Source: a virus (lineage: Duplodnaviria; Caudoviricetes). From it: 64,000 nt of DNA. Position 1 is the stretch's first letter, and every line of letters begins with the position of its first letter. Both the position numbers and the translations under genes were made by a program. Under the pieces are notes generated by a model that worked only from the letters and a program-made list of their open reading frames with translations, ran no database searches and was not told the origin of the DNA. This document shows, piece by piece, positions 28,846 through 38,528 of the stretch. Where the stretch lies: the IMG/VR virus record IMGVR_UViG_3300045015_000053; one strand, given 5' to 3'.

Positions 28846-29598
28846 ATGAGCAGCATCCACATCACGAGCTTCGTTCGCCGCCAAACCCCGCAGAGCGGTT
28901 TCTCGCACTGGACGATCAGTGACGACGAACTGATCTCTCGCGTGGTGGCGGGCCTCCCCAACGCCAAGCGGGGCTACCGCGACGGCGTGTTACTCGTGCC
29001 GGTCAAGCCGGACGGGTTCTTCGCCGGCCTCGTCAAACTCAAGGACGGGGACAAGCTCGTCGGCGAGTACAAAGCACGCAGACCCGGCGAAGACCCACGC
29101 AAGTCAACATACGCCCTCGACGGCGTCAAGATGCCCGCCGTGAGCGTGTACGTCGTCCTCTACGCTCACGACGTGTTGGCCGAGAAGAACGAAAACGAAA
29201 CCGACGCGGCGTTCGAGGTCGTGTCCGTCAACGCGAACGTGACGGAAGAGGAAGCTCCGATTCCGACCGGCGCTCTCATCGCCAACCACTTCGGGCTGTC
29301 CGGTGGCACGAACACCAACATGACGGACAGCGAGTTCGTCGCGTTGCTCCGCAAGAGCGTGGAGTTCTGGAAGGACAAGGCTTTGGCCTGTCCGCAGGAA
29401 CTGAAGCCCGACGCAGTCGCAGTTGATATTTTCAACTGCATGTTCCGTGGGTGGGCTGCTGGCGACTTCCGCCTCGCGTCCGGCATCAGCTATGGGCAAG
29501 TGATCGAGTGGACGAAGTCGCAGGGCGGCGATCCCACACCGCTACTCAGGCGAATGGCGGAACTCGAAGAGTTGGCTAAGAACTACAAAGACAGCTAA
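28846..29598 (+). CDS. DUF3228-like protein
   Basis: FVRRQ..S.FSHW; GYRDGVLLVPV; VVLYAHDVLAE; NHFGLSGGT. Confidence 0.65.
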   Translation: MSSIHITSFVRRQTPQSGFSHWTISDDELISRVVAGLPNAKRGYRDGVLLVPVKPDGFFAGLVKLKDGDKLVGEYKARRPGEDPRKSTYALDGVKMPAVSVYVVLYAHDVLAEKNENETDAAFEVVSVNANVTEEEAPIPTGALIANHFGLSGGTNTNMTDSEFVALLRKSVEFWKDKALACPQELKPDAVAVDIFNCMFRGWAAGDFRLASGISYGQVIEWTKSQGGDPTPLLRRMAELEELAKNYKDS

Positions 29599-29640
29599 AA
29601 GACGGCTCGACAATTTAGCCGCAGGAAACACATCCTGCGG

Positions 29641-29647
29641 CTAAATA
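29641..29647 (+). promoter_or_regulatory. CTAAATA late-promoter-like element
   Basis: exactly 5 nt before ATG; same geometry on - strand at 17683-17689 and 57927-57933. Confidence 0.55.
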
Positions 29648-29652
29648 GTTTC

Positions 29653-30228
29653 ATGAAAACCTTCGCAGAGTGGCTCGCCGTGGAAGCTCGCGCACCCAAG
29701 AACGAGTTGTTGCAATACGCACCCAACAAGAAGTATTTCACCATTTCTCCGCAATGGCACGACTTCTCTATTTGGTTTGAAAAGCAACCGCCGTCCGACG
29801 CCGAACTCAGGATGATGGCCGAAATCATCAGCGGTCACGGATTCCCGACCAGAGTTGCCAAGACGGGCGAGCAATGGCCCTACAGCGGTGACAGGCGGTA
29901 CGACGATCTGGCTGACGAAATCCGTCACAAGTGGGACGTTGCAGTTGATGACGCCGTCGAGGGCGTCCGAAAGTATCGCGCCGTTGTCGGCAGGAAGATC
30001 TCACACGGCACTCACCACGACGGCGGCGAGCGGATGCCATTCTATAACGACCAGATCGCCACCATCGTACACAACCTGCGATACGTCAAAGACGACCCCG
30101 AAAAAGCCAAGAAGATGTTCGACGCAATGGACCGCAACACCAAGTTCATTCTCGTTCACGACGCCGGTATGTTCACCTCGGACGGCGCATTGACTCCAGT
30201 CGCATCACAGTACCTCCGAGGCTACTAA
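29653..30228 (+). CDS. hypothetical protein with MKTFAEW N-terminus
   Basis: resembles T4 internal-protein capsid-targeting sequence. Confidence 0.55.
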   Translation: MKTFAEWLAVEARAPKNELLQYAPNKKYFTISPQWHDFSIWFEKQPPSDAELRMMAEIISGHGFPTRVAKTGEQWPYSGDRRYDDLADEIRHKWDVAVDDAVEGVRKYRAVVGRKISHGTHHDGGERMPFYNDQIATIVHNLRYVKDDPEKAKKMFDAMDRNTKFILVHDAGMFTSDGALTPVASQYLRGY

Positions 30229-31184
30229 CTAAGATGAGGGATTGCCTTCTCGCCCACCCACGCGAGAATCTTGGTATCACCACGCTCTACCGCCTCGATC
30301 CAGCGGTGTTTGCCTTCGATAACGACCACCGGCCCTTTCACTGTGTAGGTGGGGTGTTTGCTCAACACTTCGTTCGCTTCCACGATGATCGGCCCTAAGC
30401 TTTGGCTGCACGGCAGGTACTGCGGTCCTGTCGGTTTGAGTTTGGCGGTTTCCACTTCCATCAACTTGAACTTCTTGCTCACCACCAGATCAATCGGCAC
30501 CGGGTCCAGCATTCCACGCACCTGATGCTCGTCAACTTCGGCTGCGTACTGGAAGAAACCCCACGAAACGGCTTGTTTGAAGAAGTCCTTCATCTTCCCG
30601 AACATCACGAACTTCTGGTCGTCGTCCTCCACGATTCCGTCTTTGGCCGCGAACGCGGTCATGGGATTCTTGTTTTCCGATTTTAGCAGCCGGCTCAGGT
30701 ACGGGAAAACGGCGGGCGGCACCAGTGATCGCGCCGCTTCGTAGCCTTTGTTGATGCACACGTCTTTGACGGTACTGGATCGGATGTTCCTGATCTTGTC
30801 CGGGCCGAAGACGTAGTAGAAGTTGAGTTGCGGGCCGTGCGCCCGCATGTTCCGCTCGATGGCCTGCTCGTACACCAGATCGCGAGCATCGCGAACCCCA
30901 CGAACGAGACAGATGTCGTTAAAATGAATGCCGCGTTCTGCGACCTGTTTCTTGCACCAGTCAACTGTCGTGGGGGTGTCAAGTATCTGGACGTAGGCTT
31001 TGGTGTGGGAGATTGATAGGGAGAGCATGTCCGCGCGTTCGCGGAGGGTGAAGGTGTAGTGCTTGGCGGGGTTGGGGCCAATGACCGCCTGAACCTCGTC
31101 GGCCATCTTGCAGGCTTGTTCGATGAGGTAAACGTGGCCGAGTTGTACGGGATCGTAACTGCCGGCGACGACAGCGATTTTCAT
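30225..31184 (-). CDS. coaD: phosphopantetheine adenylyltransferase fused to ParB/Srx-like domain
   Basis: GSYDPVQLGH; LVRGVRDARDLVYE; RSSTVKDV; C-terminal PIIV..VVIEGKHRW. Confidence 0.75.
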   Translation of the reverse strand: MKIAVVAGSYDPVQLGHVYLIEQACKMADEVQAVIGPNPAKHYTFTLRERADMLSLSISHTKAYVQILDTPTTVDWCKKQVAERGIHFNDICLVRGVRDARDLVYEQAIERNMRAHGPQLNFYYVFGPDKIRNIRSSTVKDVCINKGYEAARSLVPPAVFPYLSRLLKSENKNPMTAFAAKDGIVEDDDQKFVMFGKMKDFFKQAVSWGFFQYAAEVDEHQVRGMLDPVPIDLVVSKKFKLMEVETAKLKPTGPQYLPCSQSLGPIIVEANEVLSKHPTYTVKGPVVVIEGKHRWIEAVERGDTKILAWVGEKAIPHLS

Positions 31185-31255
31185 CTTATTCCTCGAACTG
31201 GTTTACAATGTGACCTAGCCGGCCTATTTTGATTTTACCACGAACGGGGGTTCCC

Positions 31256-31609
31256 ATGACGACGACTGACGCGATTCGGAAGGCTCTCACCGACTATCGT
31301 CGGGATCAAGTAGCGGTCATTCACCAGATGGCCCGCGAACGCGGCATGGACGAACGCGACCTCTCCGTCGCGCAGTACCGCTACTTGATTCTCGAAGAGG
31401 CGTCGTGGTCCGAGAAGGCGTCCCGCGCCACCTGCCTCCCGGCAGACGAGCGGGAGATGGAGAGCCGCTACGCCGCGAAACTTCGCTCCATCGCCTCCAA
31501 CATCACAACCAGCGAGAAGGATCATGGGCTTCAACACGACGGTGGTCGTTCTGAACGACGTTCTGGGCGAAATCGAGAAGGACGAAAAGTTCGGCGAGAA
31601 GCTCGCTGA
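31256..31609 (+). CDS. hypothetical protein
   Basis: downstream of TTTACA-N17-TATTTT promoter. Confidence 0.5.
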   Translation: MTTTDAIRKALTDYRRDQVAVIHQMARERGMDERDLSVAQYRYLILEEASWSEKASRATCLPADEREMESRYAAKLRSIASNITTSEKDHGLQHDGGRSERRSGRNREGRKVRREAR

Positions 31610-31838
31610 CGCGATCAAGTCGTTGTCCGGCCCCGACCCCGTTTCCATGTTGGGTGGCGGGGTCAAGGTGCTGGCAACGCACCACAACAGCAACGTAGCT
31701 GTTGTGGCGGTCGGCGGCAACTACGGAACGGTTCTCGCGTGGGGACCGGACGTTTCACACCACACCTACGAAGGTCAAGAAAAGCTTCTCAAGGCTCTGG
31801 CCGAGAAGCTCGGATACCGCCTTACCAAGAAGCCATGA
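31524..31838 (+). CDS. hypothetical phage protein
   Basis: MGFNTTVVVLND; ORF track. Confidence 0.6.
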   Translation: MGFNTTVVVLNDVLGEIEKDEKFGEKLADAIKSLSGPDPVSMLGGGVKVLATHHNSNVAVVAVGGNYGTVLAWGPDVSHHTYEGQEKLLKALAEKLGYRLTKKP

Positions 31839-32089
31839 AATACATCGTCTGGGATCTGATTTCTGACTACGACGGCTTCTGGCAAACCGAGTGCGCCACT
31901 TGGGAAGAAGCTGTCGCGTGCGTCCGTGCGGCCTGCAAAGAAAACAAAAAGGCTCTCGCCCAGTTCAAGAAGTGGCAAGAGGGCAAGATCGCCGAAATCC
32001 GCGTCATGGGCAAGGGGTTCGGCAAGTCCGAAGCCACCGAAGTCAACGTCTTCGTCACCAGCAAAAAACTCACCGAGCCGCAAGAATGA
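31835..32089 (+). CDS. hypothetical protein
   Basis: ATGA overlap. Confidence 0.5.
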   Translation: MKYIVWDLISDYDGFWQTECATWEEAVACVRAACKENKKALAQFKKWQEGKIAEIRVMGKGFGKSEATEVNVFVTSKKLTEPQE

Positions 32090-32457
32090 ATCTCGCGTTC
32101 TTCAACTTCTCCGTCAAGATGACCGACGCCGACATTCGGCGCTCGGTCTACGAGGCAGCCGTCATCACCCAGAAGATGGGCGAAGGCGTACTCGTCAGCA
32201 TCGACGGATACGACAACGACCCCCGCGACCTCTGGAACATCCCCGAAGTCGTCGTCTTTGCCAAGCGATTGGTCGCCAACGGCGTGTGCAGCGTAGCCGT
32301 CGTTTCGACCATCCTCGACCCGAAGTTCGACGGGCCGGGTGGCAGACCGTTCGGCGGCTTCGAGGTCTGGTTGCTGCTGGTGGCCGAGAAGGTGGGCGTC
32401 CCGTACAACGCGGCACCCCCATCGGTCCCGCTGCCGGTCGCCAACGGCAAGAAGTAA
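32086..32457 (+). CDS. hypothetical protein
   Basis: ATGA overlap. Confidence 0.5.
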   Translation: MNLAFFNFSVKMTDADIRRSVYEAAVITQKMGEGVLVSIDGYDNDPRDLWNIPEVVVFAKRLVANGVCSVAVVSTILDPKFDGPGGRPFGGFEVWLLLVAEKVGVPYNAAPPSVPLPVANGKK

Positions 32458-32458
32458 A

Positions 32459-33664
32459 ATGACCGCTGACGTGCGGACATATCATTGTGTCCGCACGTCC
32501 TTTGTCACATTTACATGGGTGCCAATCATGCCTGCTTCAGTCAAGCCCCCGTTGGTTTCCGAGCTTCAATACTTCAGCCGCATTTGCGCCCAAGCAATCG
32601 GTCGCGTCAAGCCGGAAAACCTGTTCTTCTTCTCGATCCAGAACATCAACCAGATCCACCGCGATGCACTGCTCAACACGAGCGTGTTGCTGGACACGTT
32701 GCCGCTCGGCGAGAACTGTGCCACGGTTCTGTCCACGTCAATTCGCAAGTCCCCCTTCAATCAGCTTTCGATCAGGCTGATGTATCAGAAAGACACGGGC
32801 GTCAAGTATGCTCTGCTCTACTACCTGAACAACTTCGGACAGGCCCAATACTATCTGGTCGTCCAACAAACCAAGTTCAGGAAACTTTACCAGTACGCAA
32901 TCAGGACCGGGCGGAACAACCTGAAGTTGGAGCCGCCGGTTCTTTACGACAACGTGATCGACAAGATCAACGACCTCGTCATGGGCGTCAAGAAGGACCG
33001 GGTCTTCAAAGACTACGGCATCCGCCTGAATCGCGGTCTGATCTTCTACGGCCCACCGGGTAACGGCAAGACGTTCGCGAGCAGGTACATTCAACAGCTT
33101 TGCGCCAAACACCTGATACCCTGCGGCGTGTACAAGACCGTTGACATCGAAGTCGCGTACAAGGAAAACAGACTGGCCCACGTTTTCAACGTGGCACACG
33201 TTCAAATCTTCGATGACGTGGACATCAACCTGTTCGTTCGTCGGGGTGCGAACACGGTAACGTCTTCGATCCTGTCCGCAATGGACGGCGTGACGACCAG
33301 CCAGAAAGCGTGTCTTCGGTTCTTCACGACCAACGAAGACATCGACAGCATGGACTACGCTTTCCTTCGCCCCGGACGCATCGACACCTGCGTCAAGATT
33401 GACAAGCCCGACCAGAAGTTGACGGCCATCTTTTGGGAGCGGTGGAAGAAGAAACCGAAAGAACTGGTGGTCGAAAAGCTGGTGAAGGCTTCGGCCGATA
33501 TGTCCTTCGCGCAGATGGAGTTTCTGAAGATCATCCTCGTTCAGAACTTCCAGCAGAACAAGCAGTGGGACATTACGAAAGCGGTCGAGATGCTGAAGGC
33601 GTCTTATTCGAGGCGGCGCGGCAAGAACGCCGGGTTCCGCCCCGACACCTGTGTGGAAGAATAA
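32459..33664 (+). CDS. AAA+ ATPase
   Basis: Walker A GPPGNGKT; Walker B QIFDDVD; SRH LRPGRID. Confidence 0.9.
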   Translation: MTADVRTYHCVRTSFVTFTWVPIMPASVKPPLVSELQYFSRICAQAIGRVKPENLFFFSIQNINQIHRDALLNTSVLLDTLPLGENCATVLSTSIRKSPFNQLSIRLMYQKDTGVKYALLYYLNNFGQAQYYLVVQQTKFRKLYQYAIRTGRNNLKLEPPVLYDNVIDKINDLVMGVKKDRVFKDYGIRLNRGLIFYGPPGNGKTFASRYIQQLCAKHLIPCGVYKTVDIEVAYKENRLAHVFNVAHVQIFDDVDINLFVRRGANTVTSSILSAMDGVTTSQKACLRFFTTNEDIDSMDYAFLRPGRIDTCVKIDKPDQKLTAIFWERWKKKPKELVVEKLVKASADMSFAQMEFLKIILVQNFQQNKQWDITKAVEMLKASYSRRRGKNAGFRPDTCVEE

Positions 33665-33739
33665 AACCGCCGCTTCCCTATCACGATTTTTTTTGATATG
33701 ATAGGGTGGGGTTGAAGGCGGTTTACACAAAGGTGTGTT

Positions 33740-33928
33740 ATGAAGATGTCATGGGACGATTTCCGTTATCTGGGTTACATCCTCTTCGGCGTGGGCATCG
33801 CCACGCTCGCCAAGTCGGGCGGCATGGCCTGCGCGGGCTACGAGATCTCGCCCACTCAAACAGGCATCTTCGGTGCTGTCTGTTTGATCTTCGGTAGCTC
33901 GTGGTTGTCTCGTACCGACAAGAAGTGA
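33740..33928 (+). CDS. small two-TM protein
   Basis: two hydrophobic helices. Confidence 0.5.
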   Translation: MKMSWDDFRYLGYILFGVGIATLAKSGGMACAGYEISPTQTGIFGAVCLIFGSSWLSRTDKK

Positions 33929-33932
33929 GATC

Positions 33933-34139
33933 ATGAGCAAGCACAAGAAAAAGTTCGGCGTCTACCACTGGGACACGTTCGACAACACGAGCCTGTTCCT
34001 AAAGGACTTCGACACCGAAGAAGAGGCCGAAGCGTTCGTCCACGAACGGTATGCCGGTCGCATCCGAAGTACCGGCGCGGATCGCGTGGACATCGTTGAA
34101 GGTCCGGGGCATGTGGTTCAATCTTTTTCTGTAAGTTGA
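33933..34139 (+). CDS. hypothetical protein
   Basis: ORF track. Confidence 0.55.
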   Translation: MSKHKKKFGVYHWDTFDNTSLFLKDFDTEEEAEAFVHERYAGRIRSTGADRVDIVEGPGHVVQSFSVS

Positions 34140-34228
34140 TCCTGAAAAATTACTGCGAATTCAATTTCGCATCTTTACAACAGGCGCAGGAAACTTTAGA
34201 CTCTAAGAACACTCAACGGAGGTTCGTC

Positions 34229-34714
34229 ATGAGTTTCGAGGAAGTCCTGCGGCAGAAGATCAGCGGCACCAAGTCCAAAGTCGGCCGCAGCGTGCTGAAG
34301 GTCGCTCTGGGCGAGTTCCAGCAGAAGAACGCCAACGGAAAGGCTACCGAACAGGACGGCCTTTCCGTTGTCGAGAAGATCATCAACGGCAACCGCGAAA
34401 CGCTCGCCGTTTTGAAACAAGAAGACGCCCGTCGCGCCGACCTCGAAGAAGAGATCGTTACCCTCTCGTCGCTCCTCCCGACCTACCTGACGGCGGATGA
34501 GGTGTTGGAGAAGGTCCGCGCCGACAGTTCGCTGTTCGGGGAAGTCAATACAGTGCTGAGTCAAGGCGACAAAACCCGTCCGGTCGAAGACCCTGCGAAC
34601 GCCAAGCTGGTCGGTCGCGCGACGGGTTCGGTCGTCAAGTTCTTCAAGTCGGCAAACATTGCCGTGAAGGGCGACACCGTCAAAGAAGCCCTGTCGCGGT
34701 TGTTTCGTGAATAG
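34229..34714 (+). CDS. YqeY/GatB-like protein
   Basis: VLKVALGEFQQK..VVEKII..NRET..EEIVTLSSLLPTYLT. Confidence 0.65.
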   Translation: MSFEEVLRQKISGTKSKVGRSVLKVALGEFQQKNANGKATEQDGLSVVEKIINGNRETLAVLKQEDARRADLEEEIVTLSSLLPTYLTADEVLEKVRADSSLFGEVNTVLSQGDKTRPVEDPANAKLVGRATGSVVKFFKSANIAVKGDTVKEALSRLFRE

Positions 34715-34722
34715 GAGCTAAC

Positions 34723-35115
34723 ATGTCCACCATCGCTGACACGACCGAGTTCTCTCTCGACATCGGTGTCAACCCCGGTTTCTTCCACGACAACGCGGTT
34801 AAAGACCCGTTGAAGGTGGTCGCAGACCTGTGGCAGAAGTTCGCGGAAGAGATCTTCAAGGACTGTAACGTCTACGTCGCGGCGGTGATCTGCCCCACGA
34901 AAACCGTGTACAACACGGCGTGGGGCTGCCCGGCCGGTGGCGAAGACACCATCACCATCCACGGCGTTCGGAACCCGGAATTCACTCCGAACGAGGACGT
35001 GTGGAAGGTGACGGTGGGCCGCGTGGCGATTCGGTTGGCGAAAGAACTTCAACAATCTACGGCCTACTTGGTGTTCAGGAAGGTCGAGTTGTTGTACCTC
35101 AAGGCGAGTGCCTAG
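34723..35115 (+). CDS. hypothetical protein
   Basis: AGGAG RBS. Confidence 0.55.
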   Translation: MSTIADTTEFSLDIGVNPGFFHDNAVKDPLKVVADLWQKFAEEIFKDCNVYVAAVICPTKTVYNTAWGCPAGGEDTITIHGVRNPEFTPNEDVWKVTVGRVAIRLAKELQQSTAYLVFRKVELLYLKASA

Positions 35116-35117
35116 TC

Positions 35118-35456
35118 ATGCCGAAGCCGAACCCGCTGAACGAGATCCCCATCGCGCAGATCCTGTACCTGCACAAGATGTTCGGGGTCCAGCAAAAGGC
35201 AGAAAATCACGTTTCAATCGATTTTCTGCCCTATACTGTGCAGATCAAGTGGCTCGTCGCGGAGATGCTGAAGCGTTTCCCGAAGAGTCCGTGGACCGAA
35301 AAGCTCGTTTACCGTACCCTCATCCGGCTGCGGAAAGCGGACTTGGTCGGGAAGACCGAACGCGGCGGCAACGAACAGCCCCCGCAGTTCCCCGACGATA
35401 ACGACCACGGCGGCGAGAACGAAAAACTCGTCTTCCAAGAAGAAGGCGAAGTCTAA
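35118..35456 (+). CDS. hypothetical protein
   Basis: ORF track. Confidence 0.5.
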   Translation: MPKPNPLNEIPIAQILYLHKMFGVQQKAENHVSIDFLPYTVQIKWLVAEMLKRFPKSPWTEKLVYRTLIRLRKADLVGKTERGGNEQPPQFPDDNDHGGENEKLVFQEEGEV

Positions 35457-35471
35457 CCAAGAAGGTGTCCC

Positions 35472-36875
35472 ATGTTCAAGTGGCTCAAGCGATGGTTCGG
35501 TATGGACGACGAACCCGTCCGAAGCGACGAGTTCGTCCGTCAAAAACAAGAATTCGACAAGCACAAGGCTCGCGTTGTCGAAACCTCAAGGACCGTCTCG
35601 AAGCCGGTTTCCATCCCGACGATTTCAACCGCCCCGAAGCCGCAATTACAGCCCTACGTCGGCCACGACGAAGCTGTCATCGTGGCCTGCTTCTTCAACC
35701 CCCAGAACTCGCCGTACCGCCTTCTGGCCTTCCAGAAGTGGTACAGCAGCATCAAGCACCTGAACCACCGCATCATCGAGTGCCTCATCGGTGACGCCGA
35801 GAGCCAACTGCCGGAAAGCCCGTACATCACGCAGGTGACGACGGACTCCCTGCTGTGGCACAAGGAATCGCTGCTGAACAAGGTGATCTCCGAACTGCCC
35901 TTCCAGTACAAGTACGTCTTCTGGCTGGACACGGACGTACTTTTCACCAACCCGAACTGGTTGGTCGAGGGGGTCGAGAAGCTCCAGACGGCCAAGATCA
36001 TTCAGCCGTTCGAGTATTGCGTCCACCTCCAGAAGAACCAGACGGCTCCCGACTTCGATGTCAACCAGTACCGCTCGCTGGTCAACGACGCGAAACGTCG
36101 GCACCCGATGCTGTGGCGCAGCTTCCTCGCGAACTGGGTGACGTGCCGCGAAGCCGCTCTGAACCACAACTACGACGTTCACGGTCACGTCGGGTTCGCG
36201 TGGGGCGCACGCCGCGAAGTTCTCGACCGCACTCAACTGTACGACAAGGCGTTGATCGGTGGTGCGGACCACATCATCGCGCACGCGGCAACCGGGCAGA
36301 TCCCGTGCAACTGTATCAGCCGGGCGTTCACCCTCGACATCGACGGGGTGGCCGAGTGGTCGAAGGATTTCTTCGACTCGGTCGGCGGCAAGGTGGACTT
36401 CGTGAGGGGCGACCTGTACCACATCTGGCACGGCGAGGTGAAGGACCGCGAGTACCTGAAGCGGATCGTGGAGTTCGCCCCGGAGATCCAGTTCATCACG
36501 CGGCGGGACGCCAACGGGCTGTGGATCTACGACGGCAGCAACCCGTACATGAAGCGGTACTACCGCAAGCGGGAAGTCACCGTCTACGAGCCGGAAGAGT
36601 TCGGCGGGTTCGACGCCGGGTTCTTCGAGGAGATGGGCTACCAACTGGCCGATCTCGCGATGACCTTCGGTCAGCCGACCTGTGACAACACCGGCGTTAC
36701 CGACGAGCCGCAAACGTCGTATAATGACGGCAGTCAGACGGTTTCCGATCCCGAACCGTCGATTCCGTCAGCACCGGCCGCAGAACCCGTCCAGTCGTTC
36801 ACGCCGGCATACGAGCCGGGCCACTGGGACTACACGCCGCCGGGCGCGGAAGACCGGGGATCGACCTTCTCGTAA
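35472..36875 (+). CDS. glycosyltransferase-like (GT-A) protein
   Basis: VACFFNP; LWHKESLLN; YVFWLDTDVLF (DxD); GHVGFAW; LIGGADH. Confidence 0.6.
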   Translation: MFKWLKRWFGMDDEPVRSDEFVRQKQEFDKHKARVVETSRTVSKPVSIPTISTAPKPQLQPYVGHDEAVIVACFFNPQNSPYRLLAFQKWYSSIKHLNHRIIECLIGDAESQLPESPYITQVTTDSLLWHKESLLNKVISELPFQYKYVFWLDTDVLFTNPNWLVEGVEKLQTAKIIQPFEYCVHLQKNQTAPDFDVNQYRSLVNDAKRRHPMLWRSFLANWVTCREAALNHNYDVHGHVGFAWGARREVLDRTQLYDKALIGGADHIIAHAATGQIPCNCISRAFTLDIDGVAEWSKDFFDSVGGKVDFVRGDLYHIWHGEVKDREYLKRIVEFAPEIQFITRRDANGLWIYDGSNPYMKRYYRKREVTVYEPEEFGGFDAGFFEEMGYQLADLAMTFGQPTCDNTGVTDEPQTSYNDGSQTVSDPEPSIPSAPAAEPVQSFTPAYEPGHWDYTPPGAEDRGSTFS

Positions 36876-36884
36876 GGCGAAAAC

Positions 36885-37235
36885 ATGCTCGGTATGAACC
36901 TCAATGCGGGAAAGCGTAAGTTGCTTTCCCGCATTCTCATTAAGAAGCTCAGGCTAAAAGGCAAGAAGTTCGTCTTCAAAGACGGCGTACTCTTTAGCGT
37001 CAAAACGGGGCTTGCAATGGCTACTACGAAGGGGTCTGAAGCTGCTCACAAGGCGTGGGAAACACGTCGCCGCAGAGCCGCAACGGGCAAGTCTGAGAAA
37101 ACCCCGGCTGAAAAGGCGTGGGACACGCGGCGAAAAAACGAGGCAATTGAGGAACAGGCGAACATCGACGCCATCAAGATCCTCGATGATCTAGCCGCCG
37201 AGCGGGAGTCTGGCGCAAATTCGGAGACTTCTTGA
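36885..37235 (+). CDS. basic protein with repeated KAW(E/D)TRR motif
   Basis: AHKAWETRRRR and AEKAWDTRRK. Confidence 0.5.
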   Translation: MLGMNLNAGKRKLLSRILIKKLRLKGKKFVFKDGVLFSVKTGLAMATTKGSEAAHKAWETRRRRAATGKSEKTPAEKAWDTRRKNEAIEEQANIDAIKILDDLAAERESGANSETS

Positions 37236-37268
37236 CGAGCCACTTGTCCTCTTCAGGAGGACCGTGTC

Positions 37269-37601
37269 ATGAAACAGCGTGCGACTTACCCGAAGACCTA
37301 CGCCACCATCGTCGGTTACGTCATCCACGGCTACCGTGTCAACCACGGGCATCGGGTGAACGGCACCTTCACCCCCGAAGAGTGGCGTGTCGTTGCGTAC
37401 CGGCCGGGCAAGCGTCGGTACTACTACGAGAACTTCACCATGACCGTCAGGCTCGAAAACGGGGAAGAACTCGTTCTCGACCGTGAGCAAATTGCCTATA
37501 ACGGGAAGAGAGACGGGTCGGCCAAGATCGGCGCGAAGATCAAGATGTACCATCACCCGCGAGACACCCGTCAGTGGCGGTACAAACTGCTCGGAGAGTG
37601 A
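37269..37601 (+). CDS. hypothetical protein
   Basis: AGGAGG RBS. Confidence 0.55.
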   Translation: MKQRATYPKTYATIVGYVIHGYRVNHGHRVNGTFTPEEWRVVAYRPGKRRYYYENFTMTVRLENGEELVLDREQIAYNGKRDGSAKIGAKIKMYHHPRDTRQWRYKLLGE

Positions 37602-37602
37602 C

Positions 37603-38055
37603 ATGACTAGCGACGAGCGGGACCGTCTCAACTACCGCAAAGCCAACCAGAAGTATTACGGCCTTACCGATGAGCAGTGCGACATGCACATGGAACTCAT
37701 GGGTAAGGCCATTTCGCTTTGGCCCGCCGCACTTCAGACCCACTACCAAGAACAGTGTGTTGCCGAGGAACCCTCCGAGGAAAACGTCAACTACTGGGTG
37801 GCCGAGTGGTTGAAGGCTGGCAACACTCTCGAAGACCCCTACAAAAACGAAACCGAAGAAGAGGCCGAAGCCGGTCGGCGCGAGGCCATCAAGTTGCTCG
37901 GTTTCGATCCGAAAGACGATACGCCCGGCATGGACCTGACCGATTTCGTCAAGTCGGGCGAGTTCCCAGACATCGCGAAACCGTTCCCCAAAGAGGTGAG
38001 CGACCTCTTGAAGAAACAGTACGAGAAGAACAAGAACAACAAAAAGAAATGGTGA
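37603..38055 (+). CDS. hypothetical protein
   Basis: GGAG RBS. Confidence 0.55.
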   Translation: MTSDERDRLNYRKANQKYYGLTDEQCDMHMELMGKAISLWPAALQTHYQEQCVAEEPSEENVNYWVAEWLKAGNTLEDPYKNETEEEAEAGRREAIKLLGFDPKDDTPGMDLTDFVKSGEFPDIAKPFPKEVSDLLKKQYEKNKNNKKKW

Positions 38056-38059
38056 AACA

Positions 38060-38207
38060 CGCGGCTGGTGCAAAGAGACGGGCTAACCACCCGTTGCTAG
38101 ACACGATCCACAAATTAGCACGCCGACCAGCAAGCCATAAAGAGCGGGGATGTATGGTTCCCGCAGTCGGAGATCCCCAGTGGAGAATCGGGAGCCTGGG
38201 GGCCGCG
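38060..38207 (+). ncRNA. candidate structured intergenic RNA
   Basis: closing stem CGCGGCT/GGCCGCG enclosing ACGGG/CCCGT, GCGGGGA/TCCCGC, CCCCAG/CTGGGG stems. Confidence 0.35.
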
Positions 38208-38231
38208 CGTCTTACAACCGGAGAGATTCAC

Positions 38232-38486
38232 ATGGCAGCTACTAAAGAAAAGCTTGAGATCACTACCGAGATATGGGGTCTGAACATTGTCTTCAAGGCC
38301 GGGAGACTCGGTGTGGTTTTCACCACACCAGAAGGCCATCGCAAAGTTTCGTGGACGCCACTCCCGCCAAAAATGGCCGAAACGATCAAAGCCGAGATTG
38401 AGAAGCACGTTGCAGCGAAAGAAGCCAACGCGAAACTTACTCCGCAAGAACTTGCCGACAAATACGCAGAAATGATGGGAACTTGA
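38232..38486 (+). CDS. hypothetical protein
   Basis: GGAGA RBS. Confidence 0.55.
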   Translation: MAATKEKLEITTEIWGLNIVFKAGRLGVVFTTPEGHRKVSWTPLPPKMAETIKAEIEKHVAAKEANAKLTPQELADKYAEMMGT

Positions 38487-38528
38487 CCTTTACAAATCGC
38501 CCGCTGTAGCCGATCCTTATGGTGCCTT

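Noticed and set aside
38060-38110. c-di-GMP-I riboswitch call
   Set aside because: Only GCAAAG/CTAA fragments match; the GNRA-capped P1 and its pairing are absent
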